Assembly (NCBI GenBank): GCA_963832745.1
Contig: CAWHVC010000003.1
Span: 192,001 to 256,000, forward strand
Reading direction: 5' to 3'
Origin: Candidatus Bathyarchaeota archaeon
GTDB taxonomy: Archaea; Thermoproteota; Bathyarchaeia; Bathyarchaeales; Bathycorpusculaceae
Length of the DNA: 64,000 nt
Shown in pieces: positions 29,512-39,287 of the stretch. The notes under the pieces are model-generated. The model saw nothing but the letters and a program-made list of their open reading frames with translations. It had not been told where the DNA came from and did not search any database. Within the stretch, counting starts at the first letter, position 1, and every line of letters starts with the position of its first letter. A program made the position numbers and the translations under genes.

Positions 29512-30012
29512 TTAAGGGGTCGGTTCACAATTGGTTAACTGATTGGATATGGCTTTTGAATAGTAGTCAATTGATGGAAAGTGCGGAATAAAATCTGTTG
29601 CTGAAATGCCAATGATTGACATGTATTGAATCCCTGAAACTTTTGAGAGCACTTTTTGCAGTTGAGTTAAATTGTCCATGTCAGAGTAGATACAGTGAAG
29701 CAGCAGGTCATAGTCACCAATCGTATGAACAACCGTTAACACGTTTGTTATTTTAACCAATTCATCATACATTTTTTGAGGTTCTGCACCTGCAAGCGTG
29801 TTAACCAAAAAGAAGACGTGTCCAGTGAAACCGCATTTTTTAAGGTTAACAATCACCGATGCACTATGGATTACACCGTCATTTTTCAGTCTGCTATAGC
29901 GGCGGATCACTGTATCAACGCCTAAATCAAGCGTTTTAGCAATCTTGCTAAAAGGCATTTGTGAATCCTGCATTAACAAACCGATAATTTTCAAGTCAAC
30001 ACAATCCATCAT
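29512..30012 (-). CDS. Lrp/AsnC family regulator
   Basis: D..DLKII..L..D...PFSKIAK.L HTH; TIGDYDL. Confidence 0.88.
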   Translation of the reverse strand: MMDCVDLKIIGLLMQDSQMPFSKIAKTLDLGVDTVIRRYSRLKNDGVIHSASVIVNLKKCGFTGHVFFLVNTLAGAEPQKMYDELVKITNVLTVVHTIGDYDLLLHCIYSDMDNLTQLQKVLSKVSGIQYMSIIGISATDFIPHFPSIDYYSKAISNQLTNCEPTP

Positions 30013-30536
30013 TTACTGCACTCCAAAAGGCCATTCAAAGCAATATTTTGAGGTCTATCTAACGCTTTTTCTACGCTTGTCCAGATGCTTGTGTTAACTT
30101 GGAGAACGGCAGGCTCCGTTTTTATGGCGTCAATTATTTGTTTAAGCGCTTCAGTGTTTTTCAAAAACAGAAACACCACAAGATTGTAGCTGCCTATGCC
30201 GTCTGAACAGAAATCCGCGCCTGGAATACTTTTAATGTGTTTCAAAACGTCGTCGAGTTTTGAAGGAACCACTTTGATGCCTAAAGTTGCTATGCAGCCG
30301 TAACCGAACTTGTTGAGGTTAACCAGAAGAAGCGAACCGGTGATTACGCCGTTTTCTTTAAGCAAGCGTACCCTGTTGCTTATGGTGTTTTTTGAGACGT
30401 TTAACTCTTCGGCAAGGTTGGTGAAGCTTGTTCGTGCATCAATCTGCAGCGCCTTTATTATTTTTAAATCAGTTTCTGTTATCTTAAAAGATGACACCCC
30501 AAGATTAATTTCGATTGTATATAGCTGGTAACCCAT
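30009..30536 (-). CDS. Lrp/AsnC family regulator
   Basis: DLKIIKALQIDARTSF..LAEEL; GSYNL. Confidence 0.88.
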   Translation of the reverse strand: MGYQLYTIEINLGVSSFKITETDLKIIKALQIDARTSFTNLAEELNVSKNTISNRVRLLKENGVITGSLLLVNLNKFGYGCIATLGIKVVPSKLDDVLKHIKSIPGADFCSDGIGSYNLVVFLFLKNTEALKQIIDAIKTEPAVLQVNTSIWTSVEKALDRPQNIALNGLLECSK

Positions 30537-30602
30537 TATTGGGTTTGTTGTTTAAATAATTTAAGCAAGATACCACAAATCAACCCAGTTAACAAGCGTG
30601 TT

Positions 30603-31349
30603 TTAAGGTTCAATTTTGATTATTTGCGGAATTTTTCCAACTGTACCCACTTTGCCCTGATACAAAATAAACACACCTAACACCCCTGGAATGCTTAAAC
30701 CCCGCTTAAGCCCAGCCTCAATACCCTCGTTAACAGAACCCTTAACCATGTTACCAACCGCTGTAGCAGCCGCATCCGCAAGTCCAGCATCCCTACAGAA
30801 AACCGTTGCAGCCTCAGCATCACCGAAACTGAAAGCATGACTAAACCTGCCAGAGCTTGTCGCGACACCGATTGGAAACTCACTAAGCCTAAATCCAAAA
30901 CGTTTTGACAAGGGTTCATTTCCCGCAGTTAAAGCCACATCAATTGGCCTATCTGAAACCGCCGCGATTTCGCCGCCATCTTCCACAACCGCGACTTTGC
31001 AGTCGGCCTTTTGCATATCCGCTACAGCTAAATCGGCGATTACTCCTGCGACTGCCGCCATGGGACCAACGTCAGCTTTCTGTGCGGCTAAAGCCATCAG
31101 GTTTGCTACAAGCGGCTTATCAGGCGGTGTGATTGGGTCGAAAGTGTAAAAAAATTTTTGATGCTTTTTGATGTAAAGTTCGAGTTCTTGGTAGTTGTGT
31201 ATGATGGATTCTTTGGCGGCGTTGATGCCTTGTTGGGTGTCGCTAACTATGTGGCAGACGCTGTCTTTGTAGGTGTAGTCTTCTTTGAAAAGAGTGTTTG
31301 GCAACTTATTTTTCCTGGTGCCCGTTGCCGTTGTGCATGGTTTCAGCAT
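30603..31349 (-). CDS. ApbE-like UPF0280 protein (MA1715-type sulfur-trafficking)
   Basis: VGPMAAVAG, EDGGEI, TSSG...HAFSFG.A, ADAAATAVGN; start uncertain. Confidence 0.88.
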   Translation of the reverse strand: MLKPCTTATGTRKNKLPNTLFKEDYTYKDSVCHIVSDTQQGINAAKESIIHNYQELELYIKKHQKFFYTFDPITPPDKPLVANLMALAAQKADVGPMAAVAGVIADLAVADMQKADCKVAVVEDGGEIAAVSDRPIDVALTAGNEPLSKRFGFRLSEFPIGVATSSGRFSHAFSFGDAEAATVFCRDAGLADAAATAVGNMVKGSVNEGIEAGLKRGLSIPGVLGVFILYQGKVGTVGKIPQIIKIEP

Positions 31350-31746
31350 TAGAGTACCTAATCGATTTTATTGCTCTGGCGGGGCACGCGTCAACACAAA
31401 TGCTGCAGGCGCTTCCTACACATTTTTCTTTGTTAAATTGAATAGACAAATCCTCAGCTACATTGATTGCCTGCACAGGGCACAGGGCAACACAGGAGCC
31501 GCAGTTGAAACATTTGTTGCTGTCTACCTCGATAAGTTTAGGCACAGTTACATTAGCGCCTTTCACTCGAAAAGCAGCCACGATTTGGTCAACACTCTCG
31601 TCGGGAACTTCAAGCACTATTTCTCCACCCTTCGAGTTAATGTGTGCCGCTAAAATTGCCAATTGCACTTTGTTTTCCAGTATAACCTGTGAGACTACAG
31701 GTTCGGAAACCAAGTTTTCATTTAACCGAAGGAGAATACGGGCCAT
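31306..31746 (-). CDS. NIL-domain ferredoxin (MA1822-type partner of aspartate-semialdehyde sulfurtransferase)
   Basis: N-terminal NIL-like domain; CFNCGSCVALCP and C...CSICVDACP. Confidence 0.88.
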   Translation of the reverse strand: MARILLRLNENLVSEPVVSQVILENKVQLAILAAHINSKGGEIVLEVPDESVDQIVAAFRVKGANVTVPKLIEVDSNKCFNCGSCVALCPVQAINVAEDLSIQFNKEKCVGSACSICVDACPARAIKSIRYSNAETMHNGNGHQEK

Positions 31747-31750
31747 AACT

Positions 31751-33247
31751 TTACCGTCCTAACAGTTTAGAAACATCTTCGCTGGTTACTATGCCTAAAA
31801 CTTTATGTTCAGAATCAACTACGGGCAACGCTGAAATATTGTGTTGCGCCATACGTTTTGAAGCGATTTCTAATGGTTCATCTGGTTTGGCAGTAATAAC
31901 TCTATGGGATTCAATGTCGGCAAGCGCCTTTTTGCCTTCAGCCATTGCACGAGTGATATCCCAGGAAGTAACTATTCCGAGAAGTTTACCGTTGGAGTCA
32001 ATTACGACTATGTGGTTTACGGATTTTGTGACTATGCGTTCAGCGATGGCACGGATTTCCTCGTTTTCCATGCAGGTTATAGCGGGGTGCATAACGTTGG
32101 AAACAAACGGGATTTCCTGTGTTTGACGCATCGGCTTAACAACTGTGTCAAGAGGGAGCCTTTCGATAGGGGCTGTTAGGGTAAATTGGCCCTCGTCAAT
32201 CCAACTCTTGAGAGTTTTGGAAACCTTTTTCGCCATTTTTAGGCTTGAAAGAGAACTAACGCGAACCCGTTTACCGTTCACATTAATAGCGCCCGATTTT
32301 AGTTCAGCGTAGGAGACTTTGGCAAGTTTAGGCTTGTCTCTGCGCATTACGCTGTAATCGATTACGTCGGTGAAGATTTCACTGTCTCGAATTGCAGTTT
32401 TTTGGGCTAAGCCTTCGTTTAGGATTGGAATAGGTATGCCTAAACCCACGTACATTGTTGTACCGTAACGTGTGAAAGCTGCACCCTGTAAAAATTCGGG
32501 ACTCATTTTTTTGGCGTCCCCCTTTACCATCAATGTCCCGTTAAGGTTTTTGGGGCTATGCTGGGTACCTTCACCGATGATGTATCCTTGACCGCCGCCA
32601 AGGAAGATTTTGGTGCCAAACCCAATGGTTTCATAGTCTGGGTCGTTCATGAGCGGGTTTAATTCGCCAGCGCCAGAATAGGTTGCATTGCGCATTCTTG
32701 GCAGAAGCTTGCTCATGTAAGTGTAAATTGTTTCATCGCTACCATTGATTGCACAATTGTAGCGTTGGTAGCAGTTACGGAAGTTGAGCAAGAAAAACTG
32801 GTTAAGGTCATCTTTTGTTATTGTTGTTTTAACTGCTGTGCGAGGGTAACAGTCAGTTCCATAAGCGGTGGCGCGCAATTCAACCTCGTTACCCGCAACT
32901 AAATCTTGAATTACGTGACCGCCCCCGTACTCAAAAGGCTGTTTTTCACAAGAATTAGCCGCACCAATAAAGAGGTCAACAGCTGCGCCGGGATGGCAGA
33001 CTTCCACGTCGTTTAACCATGCCCGCTGGATTTTGATAGGTGGATCAGAATGTCCAAGGTTAATGACAGCGCCTGAAGAGCACATAGCCCCGAAAGTGCC
33101 GGTTGTTACAACGTCAACTTCTTTGAAGGCAACTTCTACGCCGCTGCTTTCTACAAGTTTTTTCATTTCTTCAGCGGTTAAGACTTGGGCGTCGCCTTTT
33201 CGGATTTTTTGGTTAATTTCCTCGATTGTCCGTGTTTTCTTAGACAA
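31751..33247 (-). CDS. L-aspartate semialdehyde sulfurtransferase (DUF39-CBS; homocysteine biosynthesis)
   Basis: DVVTTGTFGAMCSSGA, YGGGHVI.DL, TDCYPR, C-terminal CBS pair. Confidence 0.93.
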   Translation of the reverse strand: MSKKTRTIEEINQKIRKGDAQVLTAEEMKKLVESSGVEVAFKEVDVVTTGTFGAMCSSGAVINLGHSDPPIKIQRAWLNDVEVCHPGAAVDLFIGAANSCEKQPFEYGGGHVIQDLVAGNEVELRATAYGTDCYPRTAVKTTITKDDLNQFFLLNFRNCYQRYNCAINGSDETIYTYMSKLLPRMRNATYSGAGELNPLMNDPDYETIGFGTKIFLGGGQGYIIGEGTQHSPKNLNGTLMVKGDAKKMSPEFLQGAAFTRYGTTMYVGLGIPIPILNEGLAQKTAIRDSEIFTDVIDYSVMRRDKPKLAKVSYAELKSGAINVNGKRVRVSSLSSLKMAKKVSKTLKSWIDEGQFTLTAPIERLPLDTVVKPMRQTQEIPFVSNVMHPAITCMENEEIRAIAERIVTKSVNHIVVIDSNGKLLGIVTSWDITRAMAEGKKALADIESHRVITAKPDEPLEIASKRMAQHNISALPVVDSEHKVLGIVTSEDVSKLLGR

Positions 33248-33460
33248 GCAGCCTTACCTTGATGCCAATCGAAAAGTAACCCAAACAATATAATACTTAC
33301 GCAAAAAGCCGCCCATAAAACAGGTCAAGCATGAGAACAAAAAGAAAAACAACATAGCAGTTTTAAAAAAGATTGCTTTTTAACTTAAAATGATCCTAAA
33401 CAGGATTTTCTGAATAGTTTTTAATACCACTTAGTTTTAAATGCGATTGCTTGTGGAGCT

Positions 33461-34714
33461 ATGAAAAACTGGAAAAGCGCCAGTATAAGCATAGTCTTAT
33501 TAGCTGTGCTCTTGAATGCAGCCGTGTTTTTGCCAGTAAACGCTGCTGAGAAATGGAATTTTGAGATAATAGATGAACATGGTGGCTCATGGGATATTCA
33601 ACATTGCCCTGTGGTTTTGGATTCTAAAAATTTGCCACATATCATTTACACAGAACTTCACCTTACATGGAGACAAGACAAATCATACACCGTAAACTAC
33701 GCCTACTGGGATGGCTTTGGCTGGAACAAACAAACGTTAGGGGAAGGAATAGCCTATAGTATCGCTATAGATGCAAATGATAATCTTCATATTGTTTATG
33801 GCTCCATTGACCAACAAGGACAATTAACGTATGCAAACAAGACAGGAAATAACTGGATTTACCAAACTGTTTACTCTTATGACCCCGGTTATACCTCGAT
33901 AGCTGTTGATTCATGGGGAAAACCGCACATAGCATTCAGCAGTGGTGGCGAATTAAAGTATGCAAGTTGGACAGGCAGTGACTGGAGCATTCAAAAGGTT
34001 GACGATACCCCAGCGAATGAGTATAGTTTATCTTTGGCTTTAGATTCAAACAATAATCCAACAATAGCATACTACTTTACGCTCACAGTACTGAACGTTC
34101 CTACTGGTGTTTACACAACCACATCGAGTCTAAGGCTTGCTACTTTCAAAGATTCAAACTGGGAAATTCAAAACCTTTCAGATATGCCTGGAGAATTAGG
34201 AAACATTGTTTTAGATTCAAATGAAAACCCGCATTTAACTTACAAGTTAAGTTACCCACCCAAATTGTCAGCTTTTGATAACAGTACACTTGTTTACGCC
34301 AGTTGGGACGGGGCTTCTTGGAACATGCAAAGTGTTATCACTAATGATTACGTTGATTCTATGAATCTTGACCTTGATTCTCAGGATAACCCGCATATCA
34401 TTTTTTCTTCAGGTGTAAATCTCACTTACACAAGTTTAACAAGTAACGGTTGGGAAAAACAAACATTTAACAGCACCTTGGGTCCCTGCTGTTTAGCCTT
34501 AGACTCTAACAACCTTCCTCACCTAACTTGCATTACACCCAATTTAAATTCAGACAATGTTTACTATGTGAATGTAGCTTATGCTACAGTGCCTGAAGCC
34601 TCGAATCCTCTGGGGCTTACCCTGCAAAACTGGTTTTTACCGTTAACACTTACTGCAGTTTTAGTTGCAGTAGGAACAACTTTAGCTTTGGTATGGAAGA
34701 AAAAGAAACATTAA
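33461..34714 (+). CDS. Secreted beta-propeller repeat protein with C-terminal membrane anchor
   Basis: Signal peptide; about 7 repeats of 'ALDS.NNPHI.Y...Y.SW.G..W'; TM plus KKKKH. Confidence 0.8.
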   Translation: MKNWKSASISIVLLAVLLNAAVFLPVNAAEKWNFEIIDEHGGSWDIQHCPVVLDSKNLPHIIYTELHLTWRQDKSYTVNYAYWDGFGWNKQTLGEGIAYSIAIDANDNLHIVYGSIDQQGQLTYANKTGNNWIYQTVYSYDPGYTSIAVDSWGKPHIAFSSGGELKYASWTGSDWSIQKVDDTPANEYSLSLALDSNNNPTIAYYFTLTVLNVPTGVYTTTSSLRLATFKDSNWEIQNLSDMPGELGNIVLDSNENPHLTYKLSYPPKLSAFDNSTLVYASWDGASWNMQSVITNDYVDSMNLDLDSQDNPHIIFSSGVNLTYTSLTSNGWEKQTFNSTLGPCCLALDSNNLPHLTCITPNLNSDNVYYVNVAYATVPEASNPLGLTLQNWFLPLTLTAVLVAVGTTLALVWKKKKH

Positions 34715-34721
34715 CTGAACA

Positions 34722-34830
34722 CCTTGCCCCAACCTATTAGATTCCTATTAGAGGTTCTATGCTGGAACCTATAGGGGTAGGTGCTATTGGCTGGAAAACA
34801 AGCCATTAGTATGTTGAAAAAGGGTAGAAA
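34722..34830 (+). repeat. Dispersed intergenic repeat, copy C
   Basis: ctattag...tatgctggaacctataggggtaggtgctattggctggaaaacaagccattagtatgttgaaaaagggtagaaa, colinear with copy B. Confidence 0.85.
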
Positions 34831-34852
34831 TTGTTAGCAGCCCTGGGTGGGT

Positions 34853-37800
34853 TTACCATTGTTTCCAGGGGATTTCGTCCATGTACTCGTTGAGACTGCG
34901 GATTGATGCTCCGTTGTCTTTATGTTTAAGCACATCAACCAATGCAGCTGCAAGTTGTAGGTTGGTTATGACTGGCACGTTGAATTCTACTGCTTGGCGT
35001 CGGATGATGTAGCCGTCGGTTAAGATGTCTGAGTAGCTTGTTTGGCGGTTTGCGACTGGCACGTTTATGACTAAGTCGATTTTGCGTTCTTGTAGGTAGT
35101 CGAGGATGTTGGGGTTTGCTTGTGCGTCTTTAACTTTGTAGAGTATGGTTGTGTTCACGCCTGAAGCGTTCAGCACGTTGGCTGTGTGGGCTGTTGCGTA
35201 GATGCGGAAGTTCATTTCAGCAAACGCTTTTGCGATTGGGACGACACGTTTCTTGCGTTCCTCATCGCCACCGACGCTGATTAGAATAGCGCCGTCTTTT
35301 GGTGGAATGTTAACCTCGGCAGCTTGCAAGGCTTTACTGAATGCGTCTGAGAAGCTTTCGCCAATGCAGGCAACTTCGCCTGTGCTGAGCATTTCTACGC
35401 CCAAAACTGGGTCAGCGCCGCTAAGACGCATGAAACTAAATTGTGGAACCTTGACGCCTACATGTGGGGCAACAGTCATGGGTGAGAGTTGGATAGTGAT
35501 TTTTTTGCCCAACATTGCAAGAGTTGCTTGTTCAATCAGGTTTACGCCACGGGTTTTGCTGACAAACGGCATTGACCGTGAAGCGCGTAAGTTGCATTCG
35601 ATAACGTTGACGACGTCGTCTTTTACTAGGTATTGGATGTTAAAGGGGCCACGGATTCTAAGCGCCTTTACGATGCGTTGGGTGCAGTCTTCAATTTTCT
35701 TTTGAACCTCAATCTTAAGCGCTTGTGGTGGGATGGTCATTGTTGCGTCGCCGCTGTGGACGCCCGCGTTTTCTACGTGTTCCATTATTGCGCCGATTAG
35801 CACGTTTTCGCCGTCGCTGACGCCGTCAACTTCAACTTCTTTGGCGCGTGTTATGAATTTGCTGATGACAACTGGATGGTCATGGGAGACTTTAGCTGCG
35901 AGGTTTAGGAAGTTTTCAAGTGAGGCTTCGTTGTAGGCTACACGCATAGCGCTGCCAGAGAGCACATAGCTTGGGCGGACGATAACGGGGTAACCAATTT
36001 TTTCTGCGCTACGTTTGGCGTCTGCAATGGATACAAGTTTGCTCCAAGGCGGCTGACTAATACCAAGTTGGTCAAGTAACGCGCTGAATTTAGAGCGGTC
36101 TTCTGCTAAATCGACATCATGTGCAGATGTGCCAAGGATTTTGGCGCCTAACTCCGTCAGTTTCATGGACAGGTTGTTTGGGATTTGTCCACCGACGCTT
36201 GTGATTATGCCAAGCGGGTTTTCTTTGTCGTAAATGTCCATGATACGTTCAGTGGTTAATTCTTCAAAGTACAGTTTATCCGACACATCGTAGTCGGTGC
36301 TGACGGTTTCAGGGTTATAGTTAACCATGATGGCTTCTTTTATGCCGTTTTTCTTGAGCGCCCAAATCGTGTTAACGCCGCACCAGTCAAACTCGACGCT
36401 TGAACCGATACGGAAAACGCCTGCACCTAGAACAATGACTTTGCTTGGAGTATTGGAAAGTTCAATATCGTCTTCGTCTCCACCGTAAGTCATGTAAAGA
36501 TAGTTGGTTTTGGCTGGATACTCGGCGGCTAAAGTGTCGATCTGTTTAACTGAAGGAACAATTTTAGCGTTTTTACGGAAAGTGCGAATTGTTGTTTCGT
36601 CAGTGCATTGGCAAACTGCAATTTGCTCATCTGAGAAGCCTATGCGTTTAGCTTCACGTATAACCTCAACAGCTTCGGATTCGCCAAGATTTAGGTTGCG
36701 CAGTTTATCTTCCATGTTAAGTATGTTCTTGATTTTATACAGGAAGAAAGGATCGATTCCGCTTAGGCGATAAATTTCTGGTACACTTAATCCCATGCGA
36801 AGGGCTTTGCTGATTTTGTAGAGACGCTCATCTGTTGGATCCGCCAGTTCATCACGAATGCGTTCCTCTGATTCAGGCTCAGAATCTTCGGGGTTGCAGA
36901 CTAAACCGATTTTGCCGATGTCAAGCATTCGGACAGCTTTCTGCAGAGCCTCTTCAAAGCAGCGGCCAATAGCCATGACTTCGCCTACACTGCGCATTTG
37001 TGGTCCAACATGGCGGTCGGCGTTTTTGAATTTTTGAAGATCCCATCGAGGGATTTTAACCGTGATGTAGTCGAGGGCTGGTTCGAAGCAGGCGGTTGTT
37101 ACTTCTGTTACTTTGTTGATTAATTCAGGCAACAGGTAACCGATGGTTAACTTAGTAGCGATATAGGCAAGCGGGTAACCAGTGACTTTGCTGGCTAAAG
37201 CGCTGCTTCTTGACATTCTTGAGTTTACTTCGATGACTCGGCATTCTTCGGATTTAGTGTGAAGTGCCCATTGGATGTTGCATTCGCCAACTATGCCGAG
37301 GTGACGTATTGCGTTTATGCTGATTGAACGTATTTTGTGGTATTCACGATTCGTCATGGTCTGTGAGGGCGCAACAACGATGCTGTCGCCAGTGTGAACG
37401 CCCATGGGATCAAAGTTTTCCATGTTACACACGGTTAAACAGTTGTCAGCATAATCACGCATAACCTCATATTCAACTTCTTTCCAGTGACCAACATACT
37501 CTTCAATTAGGACTTGCCCGATGCGGCTCTGTGCGATTCCTCGGGTAACGATTTCTTTAAGTTCGGTCACATTATGGGCGACGCCACTGCCTTTGCCGCC
37601 TAAAGTGTAAGCTACACGAACAATCACAGGGTAACCGATTTCTTCAGCTGTTTCCATGGCAGATTTGAGACTAGTAGCTGATTTGCTTTTTAGGGGTGGA
37701 ACGTCGGCTTCAAGCATTGATTGACGGAAACGTTCCCTATCTCCTGTATCTTCAATGGCAGAAATTGGAGTACCTAGAACTTTACAGTTGTACTTGTCAA

Positions 37801-38122
37801 GAATACCTGTTTTGGCTAGTTCGATGCCGCAGTTTAACGCGGTTTGTCCACCGAACCCAAGCAGGATGCCGTCAGGACGTTCCTTAGCTATAACTTTTTC
37901 CACAAATTCGGGGGTAACTGGGAGAAGATAGACTTTGCCTGAAAGCCTTGGGTCAGTTTGGATTGTTGCAATGTTGGGGTTAATTAGAACGGTTTCTATA
38001 CCTTCCTCTCGCAGGGCTTTTAGGCATTGACTTCCACTGTAATCGAATTCGGCTGCTTCACCAATTTTGATTGCGCCGCTTCCAAGAACAAGAACTTTAT
38101 GTATCCAATCGAATTTCGGCAT
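34853..38122 (-). CDS. carB: Carbamoyl-phosphate synthase large subunit
   Basis: GSGAIKIGEAAEFDYSG, duplicated ATP-grasp, MGS domain. Confidence 0.98.
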   Translation of the reverse strand: MPKFDWIHKVLVLGSGAIKIGEAAEFDYSGSQCLKALREEGIETVLINPNIATIQTDPRLSGKVYLLPVTPEFVEKVIAKERPDGILLGFGGQTALNCGIELAKTGILDKYNCKVLGTPISAIEDTGDRERFRQSMLEADVPPLKSKSATSLKSAMETAEEIGYPVIVRVAYTLGGKGSGVAHNVTELKEIVTRGIAQSRIGQVLIEEYVGHWKEVEYEVMRDYADNCLTVCNMENFDPMGVHTGDSIVVAPSQTMTNREYHKIRSISINAIRHLGIVGECNIQWALHTKSEECRVIEVNSRMSRSSALASKVTGYPLAYIATKLTIGYLLPELINKVTEVTTACFEPALDYITVKIPRWDLQKFKNADRHVGPQMRSVGEVMAIGRCFEEALQKAVRMLDIGKIGLVCNPEDSEPESEERIRDELADPTDERLYKISKALRMGLSVPEIYRLSGIDPFFLYKIKNILNMEDKLRNLNLGESEAVEVIREAKRIGFSDEQIAVCQCTDETTIRTFRKNAKIVPSVKQIDTLAAEYPAKTNYLYMTYGGDEDDIELSNTPSKVIVLGAGVFRIGSSVEFDWCGVNTIWALKKNGIKEAIMVNYNPETVSTDYDVSDKLYFEELTTERIMDIYDKENPLGIITSVGGQIPNNLSMKLTELGAKILGTSAHDVDLAEDRSKFSALLDQLGISQPPWSKLVSIADAKRSAEKIGYPVIVRPSYVLSGSAMRVAYNEASLENFLNLAAKVSHDHPVVISKFITRAKEVEVDGVSDGENVLIGAIMEHVENAGVHSGDATMTIPPQALKIEVQKKIEDCTQRIVKALRIRGPFNIQYLVKDDVVNVIECNLRASRSMPFVSKTRGVNLIEQATLAMLGKKITIQLSPMTVAPHVGVKVPQFSFMRLSGADPVLGVEMLSTGEVACIGESFSDAFSKALQAAEVNIPPKDGAILISVGGDEERKKRVVPIAKAFAEMNFRIYATAHTANVLNASGVNTTILYKVKDAQANPNILDYLQERKIDLVINVPVANRQTSYSDILTDGYIIRRQAVEFNVPVITNLQLAAALVDVLKHKDNGASIRSLNEYMDEIPWKQW

Positions 38123-39267
38123 TATTTTGCCTCCAAAGTTTTTTTGAATTTATCAAACAGCATTTCAGTATCGTAAGGTCCAGGTGAAGCTTCAGGATGC
38201 CATTGAACTGCAAAGACGGGTTTGGTTTTGTGTTTTATGCCTTCAGTGGTTTTATCGTTAGGGTTTACGAACCAGGGTTCAAGCGGCGTCTGCTTTAGAG
38301 TTTCCAAGTTTATAGCGTAACCGTGATTTTGAGTAGTAATATAACAACGTTTACTGGTCAAGTCAAGAGCAGGCTGGTTTTGAGCTCTGTGACCAAACTT
38401 AAGTTTGTAAGTATCTGCACCCATTGCTAAAGCCAAGATTTGAGCACCCAAACAGATACCCATCACTGGAACCTTTTCGACGAGTTCGCGAAGGGCTTCA
38501 ACGGTTTTTGTGTTACGTTTAGGGTCACCTGGCCCGTTGCTGACAAAGACACCGTCAGGGTGGTAAGATAAAATCTCTGCTGCTGAGGTGTCGTATGGTA
38601 CTCGGATAACGTTTATTCCTCGTCTTAACAGGTTACGGATAATGCTGAATTTAACTCCACAGTCAATTAAGACAACGGTTAGTTTGCCGTCAACATTGTA
38701 CTTGCAGGGTTTTTTAACAGAGACTTCCTTGACAAGGTCGGTCTGATTGGGGTCTGCAATATTGTGTCCATTTTTCAGGAGCGCTTCAAGGTTTGGTTCT
38801 TCGTTTGCGTCAAAAACTTGCATTATTCCAAGCATGACACCGTGGGTTCGCAGTTTTTTGGTTAATCGTCGTGTGTCTATGCCGTAGATTCCCGGGACGC
38901 CTTCGTCGGATAACCATTTGTCAAGGGTACGGGTGGATGCCCAATGGTATGGTTCGAGACAGAGCTCATGGATTACTAAGCCTTGAACTTGAATGTGGTC
39001 TGATTCAAAGTAAAGTGGCAAACCAAGGTTAAGCTCGTTTGATGGAACACCATAATTGCCCACCATTGGATAAGTAAGAGTTAAAATTTGTCCTTTATAC
39101 GAGGGGTCGGTTAAAGATTCAGGGTACCCAACCATTGAAGTTGAAAAAACCACTTCGCCACTTATTTTTCCGGTGGCACCAAAACCTTTCCCGATAAATG
39201 ACGTTCCGTCTTCAAGAAGCAGAACCGCTTTTTTAGTTTTATCCGACATGCTGTGTTGTGACTCCAA
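38122..39267 (-). CDS. carA: Carbamoyl-phosphate synthase small subunit
   Basis: LTDPSY.GQ, SNGPGDP, GICLG.Q, HPEASPGP. Confidence 0.98.
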   Translation of the reverse strand: MESQHSMSDKTKKAVLLLEDGTSFIGKGFGATGKISGEVVFSTSMVGYPESLTDPSYKGQILTLTYPMVGNYGVPSNELNLGLPLYFESDHIQVQGLVIHELCLEPYHWASTRTLDKWLSDEGVPGIYGIDTRRLTKKLRTHGVMLGIMQVFDANEEPNLEALLKNGHNIADPNQTDLVKEVSVKKPCKYNVDGKLTVVLIDCGVKFSIIRNLLRRGINVIRVPYDTSAAEILSYHPDGVFVSNGPGDPKRNTKTVEALRELVEKVPVMGICLGAQILALAMGADTYKLKFGHRAQNQPALDLTSKRCYITTQNHGYAINLETLKQTPLEPWFVNPNDKTTEGIKHKTKPVFAVQWHPEASPGPYDTEMLFDKFKKTLEAK

Positions 39268-39287
39268 AGCTTGATCTACCTATAATT

